A DNA stretch of 64,000 bases from Camelus ferus (GCF_009834535.1 NC_045697.1:45386001-45450000); one strand, 5' to 3'. Shown: positions 49,563-61,659, counted from the first letter of the stretch. Numbers and translations: made by a program. The notes: generated by a model from the letters alone, not told the origin.

Positions 49563-52514
49563 GAAGTAGCAAAAGTGCAGAACAGAAACAAAGAGAAGGA
49601 TAAAAGCTATCCAAGAGAAATGACGGATTGCATATAAAGGAGTAAAAATCAGGCTTTCAGTTGACATCTCAACAGCAACCATAGAAACCAGAATGCAGTG
49701 AATAATATCTTTAAAATTCTGAGAGAAAATAACTGACAAACATGTATTATAAATCCAGAGAAATTATCTTTCAAAAAGGGTGAAAAAAAGCCATTTTTAA
49801 ACAAAGATGAAGAGTGTTTACCACCTACAGACAAAGGATGTGCTTGAGATGAAAAATCCCTGATGGAGGGTCTGAGATGCAACAGGGAGTGATGACTATA
49901 GAAAACTGGTAAACATGTTGTTAAATCTTTCAAAATATGGTATAAAGTAATAACTATCATTCTGCTATATAGTATTAAAAGTGAGAAAATGCTAAATAAC
50001 TGAACAACAGCAGCATGTAAACTGAGAGTAGGCGTAATTGGAATTAAAGTGGGAGAAGATGTCAGTCATTTTAAAGGAAGTCAGCAAACAAGAAACAGAA
50101 AAGCCTGGGGAAAAAATCGAAGAGAAAATGCAAATTGAAAATAGGAAGAAATCTAACATATGTAAATAGACTTAACTCTCCAGATAAAACCAAACACTGT
50201 TAAATTGATTTTAAAACTTAAAATCAGCTATTATGATGTTTATAAGAAACAGACCTAAAACATGAGAATGCAGAAAGGTTGACGTTAAAAGCCTCAGAGA
50301 AGATATGTCTGGGAAATATTCAACAAATTGAAATGAGGCTTTCATTATGCTGGTATCAGGGAAGAAATATTACTAGAGACAGAGGTTACCATATGATGAT
50401 GAAAGGTTCAGTTTACCAAGATGATACAAAAATCCTCGTCTTTTATTTACCTACTAACATGCTTCAAAAATAAGAAGCAGAATTTGACAAAACTAATGAG
50501 AAATTTTTAATTTTTTTTAATTTTAATACACCTCTTACAGAAATTGATAGAACATTCAGACTGAAAATCACTAAAACTTTAGAAGACGTGTACAACGCAG
50601 TTAATAAACTTGATATAATGGGCTTGTAGAATATTGTTCCCAGTGGTTAGAGAAAGCACAGTAACAAAATTGATCATATTCTAGGCCATTAAGCAAGTTA
50701 TAGCAAATACAAAAAATAGGAGTTGGACTGGCAGCTGGCAGCCTAGCAATGCTGCTTTTAATAAAGTTCTTGGAGGGGGCATGGCAGTAGAGGTAGGGGC
50801 AGTGGGGGTGCCTGGTCCAGCACATCAGGAATGCACATCTGGATGATGGACAGTGGGCTGTCCAGACTTGGACATAAATGTCCTTGACGATGAACAACTC
50901 CTTGTAAAGATAACCTTGACCTCATTCTACAAATTTTGATAGGTGGCATTTTCATCTTCCTTTATCATTTCTTGGCAATATCAGTGAGGGGTCAGATATC
51001 TAAGGACAACAATAAGGAAAATTTGGGGTTTTGTTTTTGTTTGCGTTTTTTTTTCCCCAGCAAAGAATAACCAGTAAAAGCCTGGAAAAAAATACCTAAG
51101 TAGGAAAAGTTCTGGATTTCAAAAGTGTCTCTCTTGAGGCTATAGAGATGTGCCCTTCTGAGATAATTACAGAGGATGCGTTTGTAGTGAAGGGTGAAGA
51201 CCTCACTCTGTTCTTCTTCCCCAGTTCATGAGAACTGAGAGTGCCAGCCTGGTTCAGTCCCACGTGGATCCCACCTGGTCCAAGCTGTCTCCATCAGGAA
51301 ACATACTGGGTAGAGAGTAAGTTTAGCAGATACTACTGAAGAATCATGGAGATTCTCCCATGACTGTCTCTCACCTGCCCATTCAATGATTTCCTAAATC
51401 TTTCTCCACTTTCAAGGCTGATGAAGGCAGTCATGGTTAAGAGTCCTTCTTCTGGTTATCATGAATGAATCAGGGGTAATATTAAGATGTAGGACAGTAC
51501 TTTAAGAGTCTAAAGAAAAACCCAGCTTGTTCTCAACCTAAGCAGAATTTATATAGTAGCTATCCTTCTTGGGGTTGCAGAAGAGAAAACTTGGTTGTAA
51601 TCCAATAAATCTCAGCTGTCACTCATCAGTAAGTGTTCTGTATGATTGTGCTCTTAACTCATGTAGGTAATACACCTCATGTGATAACAGAACACCTCAC
51701 TCTTACTTCTTTTACTTAGGTGGAGTATAGTAGAAGAAAATACAGTGTCAAACATTAAATGTTGACACTGTTGCCTGCTTCTTTATGGTCTAGCTGCTCC
51801 TGTACGCTCATAGCCCCATGATGACAGAAACTGTGCTGCAGTATTTACCGCTAGACTTAGCACACAGCTTAGCATAGAAGAATAAGTGAAAGATCAGTGG
51901 GGCAGCTTCCTTCTCATTCCCAAAATAGGAACATGGAGGTTTCGTTCACCAACGTCAAAGTATTTAAGGTAGAGATCAATAACAAAATTGAAAAAATGGG
52001 AAGAAACCACTAAAAAAATTTGAATTCACCTCACTGGAATTTTAGGAATATTTCAAAATAATTCAAGGATGAGTGAAGATTTTTATGAATATTATGAAAC
52101 AGAGTTGCATAATAGAGAATTTTACATATCAACACATGTGGGTTGCAACTAAAATGATAGAGTAATGTTTATAACCTTTAATGTTTCAAGTAGGAAATAA
52201 AAACAGCTAAAAATTAATAAGCTAAGCATTCAACTTAAGAAGATGGAAAAGGGGTAAAAACAAAAGAGAAGGAACAAAATAAAGTTAAGGAGATGAATTA
52301 ATAAAATATAAAATAAAAGGATACAGAGCCAGGATGTTTTGAAAGTTTAATACAACTAACAACCTTGAAAATACTGATCAAAAGAAAAAGAGAAGAGCTA
52401 CAGATAAATGTGATTATGCATGAACATAAGTACAGTTAGTAAAGATTCACATGGATTAGAAAGGATTTGGGCAACTCTGCTACTATATATGAAATGTGTA
52501 TATGAATATATATA

Positions 52515-52757
52515 TGGTTGGGCTCTGGTGAGAGCTCTCTTCCTGGTTTACAGGTGGCTGTCTTCTCACTGTGTCCTCACATGATGGAAAGAGATGTCAT
52601 CTTTCTTGTCTTTTTTCATAAGGGCACAAATCCCATTCATGAGGGCTTCACCCTCATGACCTAATTACCCGCCAAAGGCTCCTGCCTCCAAATATCATCA
52701 CATTTGGGAATAGAGCTTCAACATAGGAATTTTAGAGAGAGACATTCAGTCCGTAGC
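52515..52757 (-). mobile_element. MLT1A/MST-type MaLR LTR fragment
   Basis: ctggtgagagctctcttcctgg...ctgtgtcctcacatg...aatcccattcatgagggcttcaccctcatgacctaattaccc...acattcagtccgtagc. Confidence 0.85.
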
Positions 52758-55700
52758 TCACAAGATGCAGAGAATTTACTTCAAGGGCTTATAATATGAA
52801 CCTTATGCAGATTCTTTCAGAAAACAGTAAAAGATAATTTCCATCTTATTCTATGAAGCTAGTGTAAACTTGATTCTCCAAAGGAAATGCCTGAGGAAGG
52901 CAAATTAATGTCCAATCTCACTTACGAATTTAATGTTAAAATCATAAGCAAAATATTAGCAAATTGAGTACTACAATTAATACAAATGGTAACAGTGCAT
53001 CTTAACAAGTTAGATATATCCCAGGAATGCAAGCATAGTTTAACATTAAAAGTTTTATTGAACCAAGTCACCACTTTAATAGATTAAAAAAAGAAAAACA
53101 ATTACATAAGTACCTCAATAGATGCAGAGAAAATTTTGATGTTTCCACATTCAGTTATGATAAATTCTCTTAGCAAACTTGGAATAGAAATACATTTTAT
53201 TAACCCAAAGAAAGATACCTAACAAAAATTTAAACACTGTACATAATGATGAAGCATTTGAAGTATGCTCTTAAAAATCAGCAGTATAAGCACTTCTCGC
53301 TAGTATTTTACAGGAGGTTCTACCTGGTGCACTGAGATATAGATAAAATTAAAAGAAAAATTGGCACATAAACAACAAAACTTACTTCCCTTGTGATATG
53401 ATTAACTCTATAGAAATCCAGAATGTAACACCAAATTACTAAAATGTAGAGAGTTTAGTATCGATGCAGCCTGTAAGATTAATAATGCAAGAGCTCTGTG
53501 TATTTTTAAATACCAGAAATATAGCTGACAAATAGGAATACAAATGCCATTGAAAAAAAGTCTAAAAATATAACATATATTTATATAATGTAAATAAAAT
53601 ATAATGTAGGAATAAAGCTGACAAAAAAGTGTAAAAGCTTTATTGATAAACTTATACAAATTGATAGAAAGACATTAAAAAGGCCTAAATTCATTCTCTT
53701 TTGGGCACAGAACTAGAACTTCTGTGTGGCTAGTTGTGACTACGTGGTACAGTTCGAGCTTGCGCGATGAGAGCTGCATGCTGTGCCCTGCTGTCGGACC
53801 TGGGCTGATGAGGGTCTTCGCAGCTGGTTTCTGTGCAGCCTTTCTGGCTCCTGGCCGATGAGCACAGGCAATTTGAAGTTGGCAGAGCCTAGTGAGCCCG
53901 CATCTCTGAGCCACTGCTTGGAGGAGATTTCCGTGCTACTCAGGAAAACCCATTATGTGAGGAAGAAGTAAACGAATGTAGAGTTTAAGCTTTTATACTT
54001 TCTTGAATATGTTTGTTGCAGTAGCTAGCATTACCCTAACTCAGAAAGATGTATTAGGTTTAAAAATAGGACGGTTCAAATCAACCATACTTCAATTTAA
54101 AAAAATTAAAAACAAAGTGAAACAAAACAATACAGTATATAAAATACATATACAAAAAAATAGGAAGGGCCAACATCCTAAAGATACCAGTAGTTCCCCA
54201 AGTGACCTACAGATCTGATACCCTTCCTGTGGCATTCCAGCAGAGCACTCCATGAAGCTTGGCAAGCTGATTCTAAAGTCTATACAAACTGACCAAAAGC
54301 CAGGAATAGCCAAGACATTTCTAAGGGCAAACAAGAACAGAGTGGGTGGGAACTCTCTCAGATATCAGAACTAATTATAATGCTCTAGCTCAAACGAATT
54401 ACTAAGGGGGGTGCAAATTAAAACCACAGGGACTTAATACATACAGATGGCAAAAAAGAAAAGTGGATGTCGCTAAAGATGGTAAGGATGTAAAGCACTA
54501 GGAACTCTTGAACACTGCTGCTGTGAAGGGGTTTGAGATATAAGTACCTAAAGGAAATAATTTGACAGCATGTAGTGAAGTTGAATGTACCATATCTTTG
54601 ACCCAGAAATTCTGCCTTCTTAGACATGTCCAGTAGGCAACGTGGAAAATGATGTTTTTGATGTGCTAACGCACCATTAGATGTAAGACAAATTTCCATC
54701 AAGAGCATAATGGACAAAAGCATTTATAGCAGGGAAAATAACTGTACTGCGATATGGATTAAATTCAAAAATATGATTTTAAGTGAAAAAAGGCAATTTG
54801 CCCAAGAATAGATAAGATTTATCTATAAGTTTTAAAAATGAGACCTATGTATCATTTAAAGATATTAGGTATGTGGTTAAATTAGAAATCAGTGCAAGCA
54901 AATGATAAATACCAAAAGTCAGAGTGACGGTGACCTGTTGGCAGTAGGTATGGGAGGGATGCACACGGTGACCTGTTGGCAGTAGGTCGGAGGACAGTAT
55001 GGGAGGCACAGGGCTTCTGCAGTGGTTCTCTGCTAACTATTCCACTGGTCGTGGGTACGGTACAAGGGTGCTTTCATTATCACGCTTTATAACTTGCATG
55101 TATGACACATTATATGTGTCAAGTATTTCATAACTTGAAAAATAAAAATAAACATCAACTCTAACTAGATTCTTTTTGCCAGACCATTAATAGATGTACT
55201 TAGTAAATGACAATGAAGCTTTTCTCACCAACGTGCTTAAAATATGTTGCTCCTTTTCCCTTAAAAATCTACTTACTCATCAGTTTACCTATTATGAGAA
55301 GGTTCCTTTGGAACTTAGTTTTAGTCTTATCTCAAGGATCCATGACCTTCCTAGACTTTAGTTTTGTCATCTCTAACATTGGGATATCATACTTTTGAAT
55401 TTAATCCCTAACTCATGAAGCTGTTGCAAAAATTATACAGATACATCTTATTGAAACCGATGTTAACAGTTATCTCCTCGTTCAGATTTTTTCACTAAAC
55501 ACATGGCAAACATCTGCTGTGCTACAAATGCTGTGAGGGGTACAAAATAAATAGGATGTAATGCCTTTTCTCAAGGAGCTAGATTTATTCACACACAACT
55601 AGACGATGCTTCCGCAGGGGATGTAATTGTGGAATATAAACAGTGTTAAAGAATCTTGTAAGAGGAAAGAGTTGGTTCTGTAAATTCAAAGGCTTCATAG

Positions 55701-56559
55701 AGGTGGCGGCATATGAGATGAGCCCTCAATGATTTGATTTTCTTTGCTCTCGTGTATGCAAAGCTCCCCTACACCTTTCCCACGTTCCACTAAGCACTCC
55801 CAGTGTTGCAGGTGAGTCACCACAGCCCCCTGAAGAGTGGGGTGCTGCTAGGAAGGACTCTTAGCCTCTCTCACTCACTCTTCCACCCAGTGGAAGCCAT
55901 CCACGTTGTCCGTTTTAGTGGATGGATGTTAGTATCATAAGGACAGTGAAATCCTCTTTGGTTATTGGTGGACAGAGTAAACAGATTCCATCTTACCCTT
56001 GTCTAGACTTGGGCAAAGCAAGTGCCCTAAAAATGCCACATAAATATTTTCTTTGGAAGGTACATCTCCATGAATCATCTGGCTTAATTAAACTGGTCAT
56101 TTTGTATCTTTTTTTTTTTTTTAATGTGAGCAAAAGAACCAATAGCTGACACATTTACTGACCCAGAGAGAAACTTCTGGGAAAAAGCTACTGCTTCCTG
56201 GACAGCAGCTCCAGCAAGCCACAGCACTGATTTTTCTGTCTAAAGGAACCAATCATTGCTGCAGATTTAGAAGCATCTTAATATCTTCTGGTTGATTAAA
56301 ATCTTTGGAGACTTAATGTTTTTAAGCTTTCAGCATAATGTAAGCTGCCTTTCATGATGGGGATTGAACAGAGAGACAAGGGAAAACCTGTGTGCAGCTT
56401 CTCCAGAGATTCTTCATGAAAGCTTAGTTCTGCTAGGAAAATTTTTTTTAAAAAGGAAGCATGGAAGACTGTCTTCTTTTCTTCTGGAATAATCCCTTTA
56501 AAACATTAGCCAGGCCATGCATAACCCTCTTATTAATACTCCAATGGCCTCTTAGGAAA

Positions 56560-57200
56560 AGAAGTCTGAAGTTCTTTCTGAGGTTTGCTGGACCACTACA
56601 CAATCCGCCCTCACTGCTACCTCTCTTCCCTCCCACACCAGGGCCCAGACACAGTGACCTTCTTGCCAATCCCTGATCTTAACCATGCATGTTCCCAGAG
56701 GCTAGAGCCTTTGTACCAGCTGTTTACCTGTCAGAATCACCCTTGCTCAGATTTCTCAGATCACTCATTCTTTTTTTTTTTTTCAAAGATTACCTTTTAT
56801 TTATCTTTTTGAAAAAAAAAATTTTAATGGCAGTACTGGAAATTGAACCCAGGCCCTTGTGCCTGCTAAGCATGCGCTCTACCACTGAGCTCTACCCTCC
56901 CCTCACAGGCCTCTCATTCTTATTTCACATGGATTTCTGCTGATATCTGCTCAAATGCAGTTCCTCAGAGAGGCTTTTCTGATCAGCCTATTTAAAATAT
57001 AGTTCCTAGAGTTCTCAGTACCTAACTGCTGTATGTGCCACATAACATAAGCCACTGTCTGGCAATATTATGCATGATATTATATTTTTATGCTGGTTCT
57101 CCCCTTTCTTTTAAATGTAAGCTCTAAAAGGACTGCGGACTTTGTATCCTGATGCTTGGTACAGTGGTGATTTTCAATAAACATTCTTTGAATAAATAAA
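56560..57200 (+). mobile_element. L2 3' region interrupted by a SINE
   Basis: gaccttcttg...gagcctttgtaccagctgtt...cctcagagaggctttt...aatgtaagctc...tcaataaacattctttgaataaat. Confidence 0.7.
56770..56903 (-). mobile_element. tRNA-derived camelid-type SINE (Vic-1-like)
   Basis: Reverse strand ggggagggtagagctcagtggtagagcgcatgcttagc...ctgggttcaatttcc; degenerate TSD ending ctcattctt on both sides (56755-56772 / 56904-56921). Confidence 0.88.
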
Positions 57201-59260
57201 GATAAGAACTTGCATTTCTGTTGCCTAGAAAAGAAAGGGTTAAAGAAAAGATTGAGGCTCTGCGGTGGTATCCATGCTGGTACAAGGCAGAGGTAGTGTG
57301 AATTTTTATAGAAAATGCACAGAACTTCACATCATAAGGTCCAGGTCCGTCTGTATTAGGCACATGACTTTGAATAGGTCTGAGTGTCAATTTCCTGCAA
57401 CCAAATGGATTAAAGTTGATATGATCAAGGGAGGGAAAGAAAGTGGTAAGTTTTCATAAATCTTAAAATCTTAATATAATTATTGCCATCTCTTTGGGCC
57501 AGTACATAAATACAAAAGCAAAACCAGGTACTCAAAGTTTATTATTTTCAGAGCTAGGAAAACCCTCCCAACCATCTAATGAACTTCCAGTAATCCTAAA
57601 AAGGAAAATTTAGGTGCAATTTAAAAAAATGAGTTGAAAGGCTGTTACAGAACAATAAAATACAATGTTTTTATATATACATGGATACAAATGCAATTAT
57701 AAGCATTGCTTTTTTGTCTCTTAAATTTCAGTCTTTATAAAACCAGGCAGGATTTTCATATTGGTTCTTTCTCTGAGGAGTAAGTAGAATCATCATATTC
57801 CCAGTCATGTCTTGGGTATAATCTTTGAGAGTCATTCTGTGTTGATGAAAGAAAACAGTAAAAGCCCACTTCAAATTAGGTTGTTTCAATTCCCATTTTC
57901 TAATAAGGATATCCTTGCTGTTGTGTGATAAATACCAGAAAGCATTAGTAAAAAGGTACATTTCAAGAGATTTTTAAATGTAAAACAAGCGTTTTAAATA
58001 TTCACATTTGAATAAATAAATGAGGGCTGGGTTTTATAGGTCACTGACTCATAATTTTTTAGTGAGGGCCTGTTTTGCTATGTTAACCTGATTTGTTTAA
58101 TTTTTTTAACCAAGACTATTGCCATATTATTAAGCTAGTCCATGTGTAATGAAGCTGTTCAAATGTGCATGTTGAAATCCAGGTATAATTTGTGGGTCTG
58201 TTTACTTGAGGGAGGTGGAAGGTGGTTTTACTAAAATAATACCTGTATGTATTGGAGATGAAAAGTACATGCGAAGTAACCCTTGTGGAAGGAAACCAGC
58301 TGTTTGTTTTGCAGGACAGGATTTCAGTCACATACACTGCCTCGATTCAATGAACGGGTCTTCTGTTGCTCTGGCCTTCTTTCCTGTCTCTGTTCTATGC
58401 ACAGAGTTCATTGACTAGAATCTTAGAGAAGTGGGGTGGGGGCCTAATCGGAAAAGACAGATGAGGCTACTACCCCCCATTCATTACCCTGAGAGAGTTC
58501 CTGCTCCTCAGTCAGGGCTGAGCTCAGATGTCACCTCCTTGCAACATCTTCCCCAGCCGTCTTCTCCCTAACGTTCCAGAAGAATATGTCTGTCTGCTCT
58601 CTGAGTTTAGCCTAATCTTCTACTATTATCATGTTTCACGTGACATTTTATTAATCACGTCTGTGTAAGTCTTCCCAATACTCTGAGCTTCTCCTGGTCA
58701 ACTCTGTATCTGTAACTTAGCACAGAGCCTGGCTTATAGTGAGAGCTGGCTCTGTTGTTTCAGAATAAATAAGTTAATGCAGTTGCTACCACCACCCACT
58801 ACCGTGAGAGGGACTGAAAGTGGACAGAGTCCAGAAAAAGTTAAGATTGGATGATCCCATCCCATCCTGGCTTTTTCTTTGGACTGCCAACATTTAGAGG
58901 GTGCAGACAACGTGCATAATGGTTTTTAAGGACTGTCCAGAATTTTAAGCCCTTCTTCTTCTCAATAGTGGTCCCTTTCCCACACTCTCAATTCTGTTAT
59001 TACTTTTCCCTGTTATGACAAAGCTAGAAGTGCACAAGGGTCCATCACTTCTGCCTTCTCTCCTCTTACCAATGAATATCATTATTGATTTGAAAATTAC
59101 TCATCTGCTTGTCTTGAGCTTCACCTCTGTTGTAATGATCTCCCTTTACCAAACCAGCCCTCTAGGGGTTGTGGGCATAGAGGTGTGTGCATGGAACTTT
59201 CTCCAAAGTAATGAGATATACCGTTGTCCCTGCAAAAGAATAAATGAGAGGGTCAGTGGA

Positions 59261-59290
59261 GTGTGTGTGTGTGTGTGCGTGCGCGCGCAC
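59261..59290. repeat. (GT)n-(GC)n alternating tract
   Basis: gtgtgtgtgtgtgtgtgcgtgcgcgcgcac. Confidence 0.9.
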
Positions 59291-59403
59291 CATGGTGGGA
59301 AGAGGAGGGTGGATATGTAGAAGTAAGATTGGAGAAGTTAGAGGGAAATTTAAAGAACATGAGTTTTATGGTCTCTGAAAATTTTTTTGACATCCTCTTC
59401 CAG

Positions 59404-59567
59404 GTTGATTTCGGATTTGCCAAGAAAATAGGATCTGGACAGAAAACATGGACATTCTGTGGAACTCCAGAGTACGTAGCTCCTGAAGTCATTCTCAACA
59501 AAGGACACGACTTCAGTGTGGATTTTTGGTCCTTGGGAATTCTAGTGTATGAGCTCCTAACGGGCAA
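59404..59567 (+). CDS. PRKG2: PRKG2 coding exon 14 (164 nt): [54 protein letters not shown](N)
   Basis: DFG...[14 protein letters not shown] activation segment in ORF 59263..59571; acceptor ctcttccag, donor AA|gtaagt. Confidence 0.98.
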
Positions 59568-61269
59568 GTAAGTACCTACAAGTTGTGTTCAGCCTTTTCT
59601 TACTAATGGTAACAAATATATGTAATTTAAGAATTTAACATTTTGGGGGTGTTTTTGATTAAGCACGATGCCTCTTCCTCTCCGTATTATGTCATATATA
59701 GCATGCTTGCTAGGTCATGACACCGTGAAAAGGCTCAGGAAGCTGCAGGAAAGGAGTGCAGAGCTGCTGTGGTGTGCCTGAAAATGGCAAGGCCTGTAAA
59801 CACAGGTAGCATATTAAGTGGATAAAGGTTTTGGTAATCCATCATAGAAATAAGAACAGGAATTGAAATTGTGGGCTGTAATTATTTCCTCATTTTTTTT
59901 GTAGTTGAGAAAATAGCAGTCTTAGGTCAATTAAATCCATTGATCAATTAAATTTAACCATGTTCTTCCATCTTCCCCCCAAATCATTAGCCAGAATAGC
60001 TAAGAGAAAGCAACATTGATGGATTTAAATTTTAATCCCTTTGTCAACTGCGTTCTAGAGGTGATAATGAACAGAGACAAGACACAGTGGGAGTTTTAAA
60101 GTTAAAGTTGGATTGTCATTCCTGAAGCCATTAAAGGGCTGTACTAATGAATGTGAGATCCCAAATATTCAATGTGCATGCACACACCCTTATTCCCTCA
60201 CATTTGTAAAGCACTTTACAGTTTACTAAGCACTGACATGCATATTATCTAGTTTAGTTTTCACAAACTTGGGTGGACGTTAAAGCAGGATCTTTAAAAA
60301 CTATTTTATGACTTAAATTTCTATTATGATTAGTTTATGATTTAAATCTTATAGATTAAAAAACTAAGCCGGAGAGCTTCCTATCTAAGATCAGGGATTT
60401 GATCCCAGGTTTTCTTTCCATTACACACGTGCCTTACACATATGTGTTTTAATATAGTGCTTGGAAAATACACACAGGATTCAGATCAGTTTTCTTTCCA
60501 GTTTTCTACCTCCATTTCTCATGAGCTGATTTGGTCATCCTTATAAACCTTTACAACCGAATATTCTAAGTCTTGATTTCAGGGAGGATTTGCATGTGGA
60601 ACGCTATAAGGAATGCTGGAATGAGCCCAGTGATGGGGATTCAAGTCTCAACACATACTTTTCAAAAAGAGAGTTTCATAGAATCTTCTTTGAACTTTTG
60701 ACACTACAGATGTCAACGTTGGATTACCTGTGGCTCCTTCAACGTCCTTGTCCACATGCATTGAGCAAACAGATATGAAAGATTATTTTATATTATCTGT
60801 AATCATTTTCAAATATTCATTGCTTAAGATTTTGAAGGAAAGAAGAGAAATTTTTTCAGACAGTTATTTCAGAGAGAAAGTTGCTTAAGGTCTCAGGACG
60901 CAAGGATTTCTGTTTCAAGAATTTGTTTCTTCGTCCCTGGAAAAGTCTTCAGCTGCATTTCTAAAAGATACATGATGATCTTTCAGGTGGCTGGAGAACA
61001 TACATTTCAGTCTTCATCAGCTGGAGTAGATTGTTACAAGAAGTAGGGAAATACAGTGAGGGAATGAGGAAGGGGGAAAAAAAACCTCAGTAACTTGGAG
61101 TTGCTAACGTGGCCTTGAGCTGTCAGAAAGAAGCTGAGAATTTGTTTTTGTAAAGGCTTTCAGAGTAGGGTGTGAGAAGAGTTTGTTTTAAATACCCTGA
61201 ACTCTAGAGAGTCGGGAGGTAAATGAAAACAAGGAAAGAAATGAAATAAACAAAACAAAACACAGTTGT

Positions 61270-61381
61270 GATATTATACAGTATTTTCCTTTCTCTTTCT
61301 GGCTTACTTCACGTAGAATAACAATCTACATATATATGTATATATATACAAAAAATAAAGAACATGTAGACTTTACATTAA
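61270..61381. mobile_element. Short L1 insertion with probable 5' inversion and 13-bp TSD
   Basis: TSD aaaacacagttgt (61257-61269) / aaaacatagttgt (61382-61394); antisense L1 piece tttctctttctggcttacttcac followed by an A-rich sense tail. Confidence 0.65.
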
Positions 61382-61659
61382 AAAACATAGTTGTAAATAT
61401 ATAAATAGATGGAAGATATTATAGCAATGGTTTTTGTTTCCCACCTCATTTTTGTTACAAGTGAAACAAAGATTATAGAAAACCGACCTTGTTTCAAGTT
61501 TACTACCAAGAGTGGGAACTCTCACCGGTCAGAAGTCTCAAGCATGACCAAGATATAGCAGAGTTGTTCATAAAAGTCATCTTTAACTTTCAAAAATTAA
61601 ATAACTATAGAATAGGCATTAAAGTGGTTTTGAAAGCAGAGTGTATGCGTTAACATGTT

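Larger units (their letters stand above)
48740..55150 (+). mobile_element. Second old L1 (ORF1, ORF2 and 3' UTR remnants), sense, multiply interrupted
   Basis: ORF1 motifs gaaataacggctgagaattttccagaa and gacatctcaacagcaaccatagaaaccagaa; ORF2 motifs gatcatattctaggccat, gcaaaatattagcaaat, ctcaatagatgcagagaaa; 3' UTR to about 55150. Confidence 0.8.

Noticed and set aside
53800..53915. Possible box C/D snoRNA (TGATGA ... CTGA)
   Set aside because: Box C lacks the leading purine, the flanks do not form the terminal stem in k-turn register, and I see no rRNA-complementary guide
59263..59403. Open frame upstream of exon 14 and a strong Kozak ATG (gcaccATGg, 59292)
   Set aside because: The Kozak ATG is out of frame with the kinase and stops before the exon; the in-frame extension starts in a microsatellite and the acceptor at 59403 fits the phase exactly
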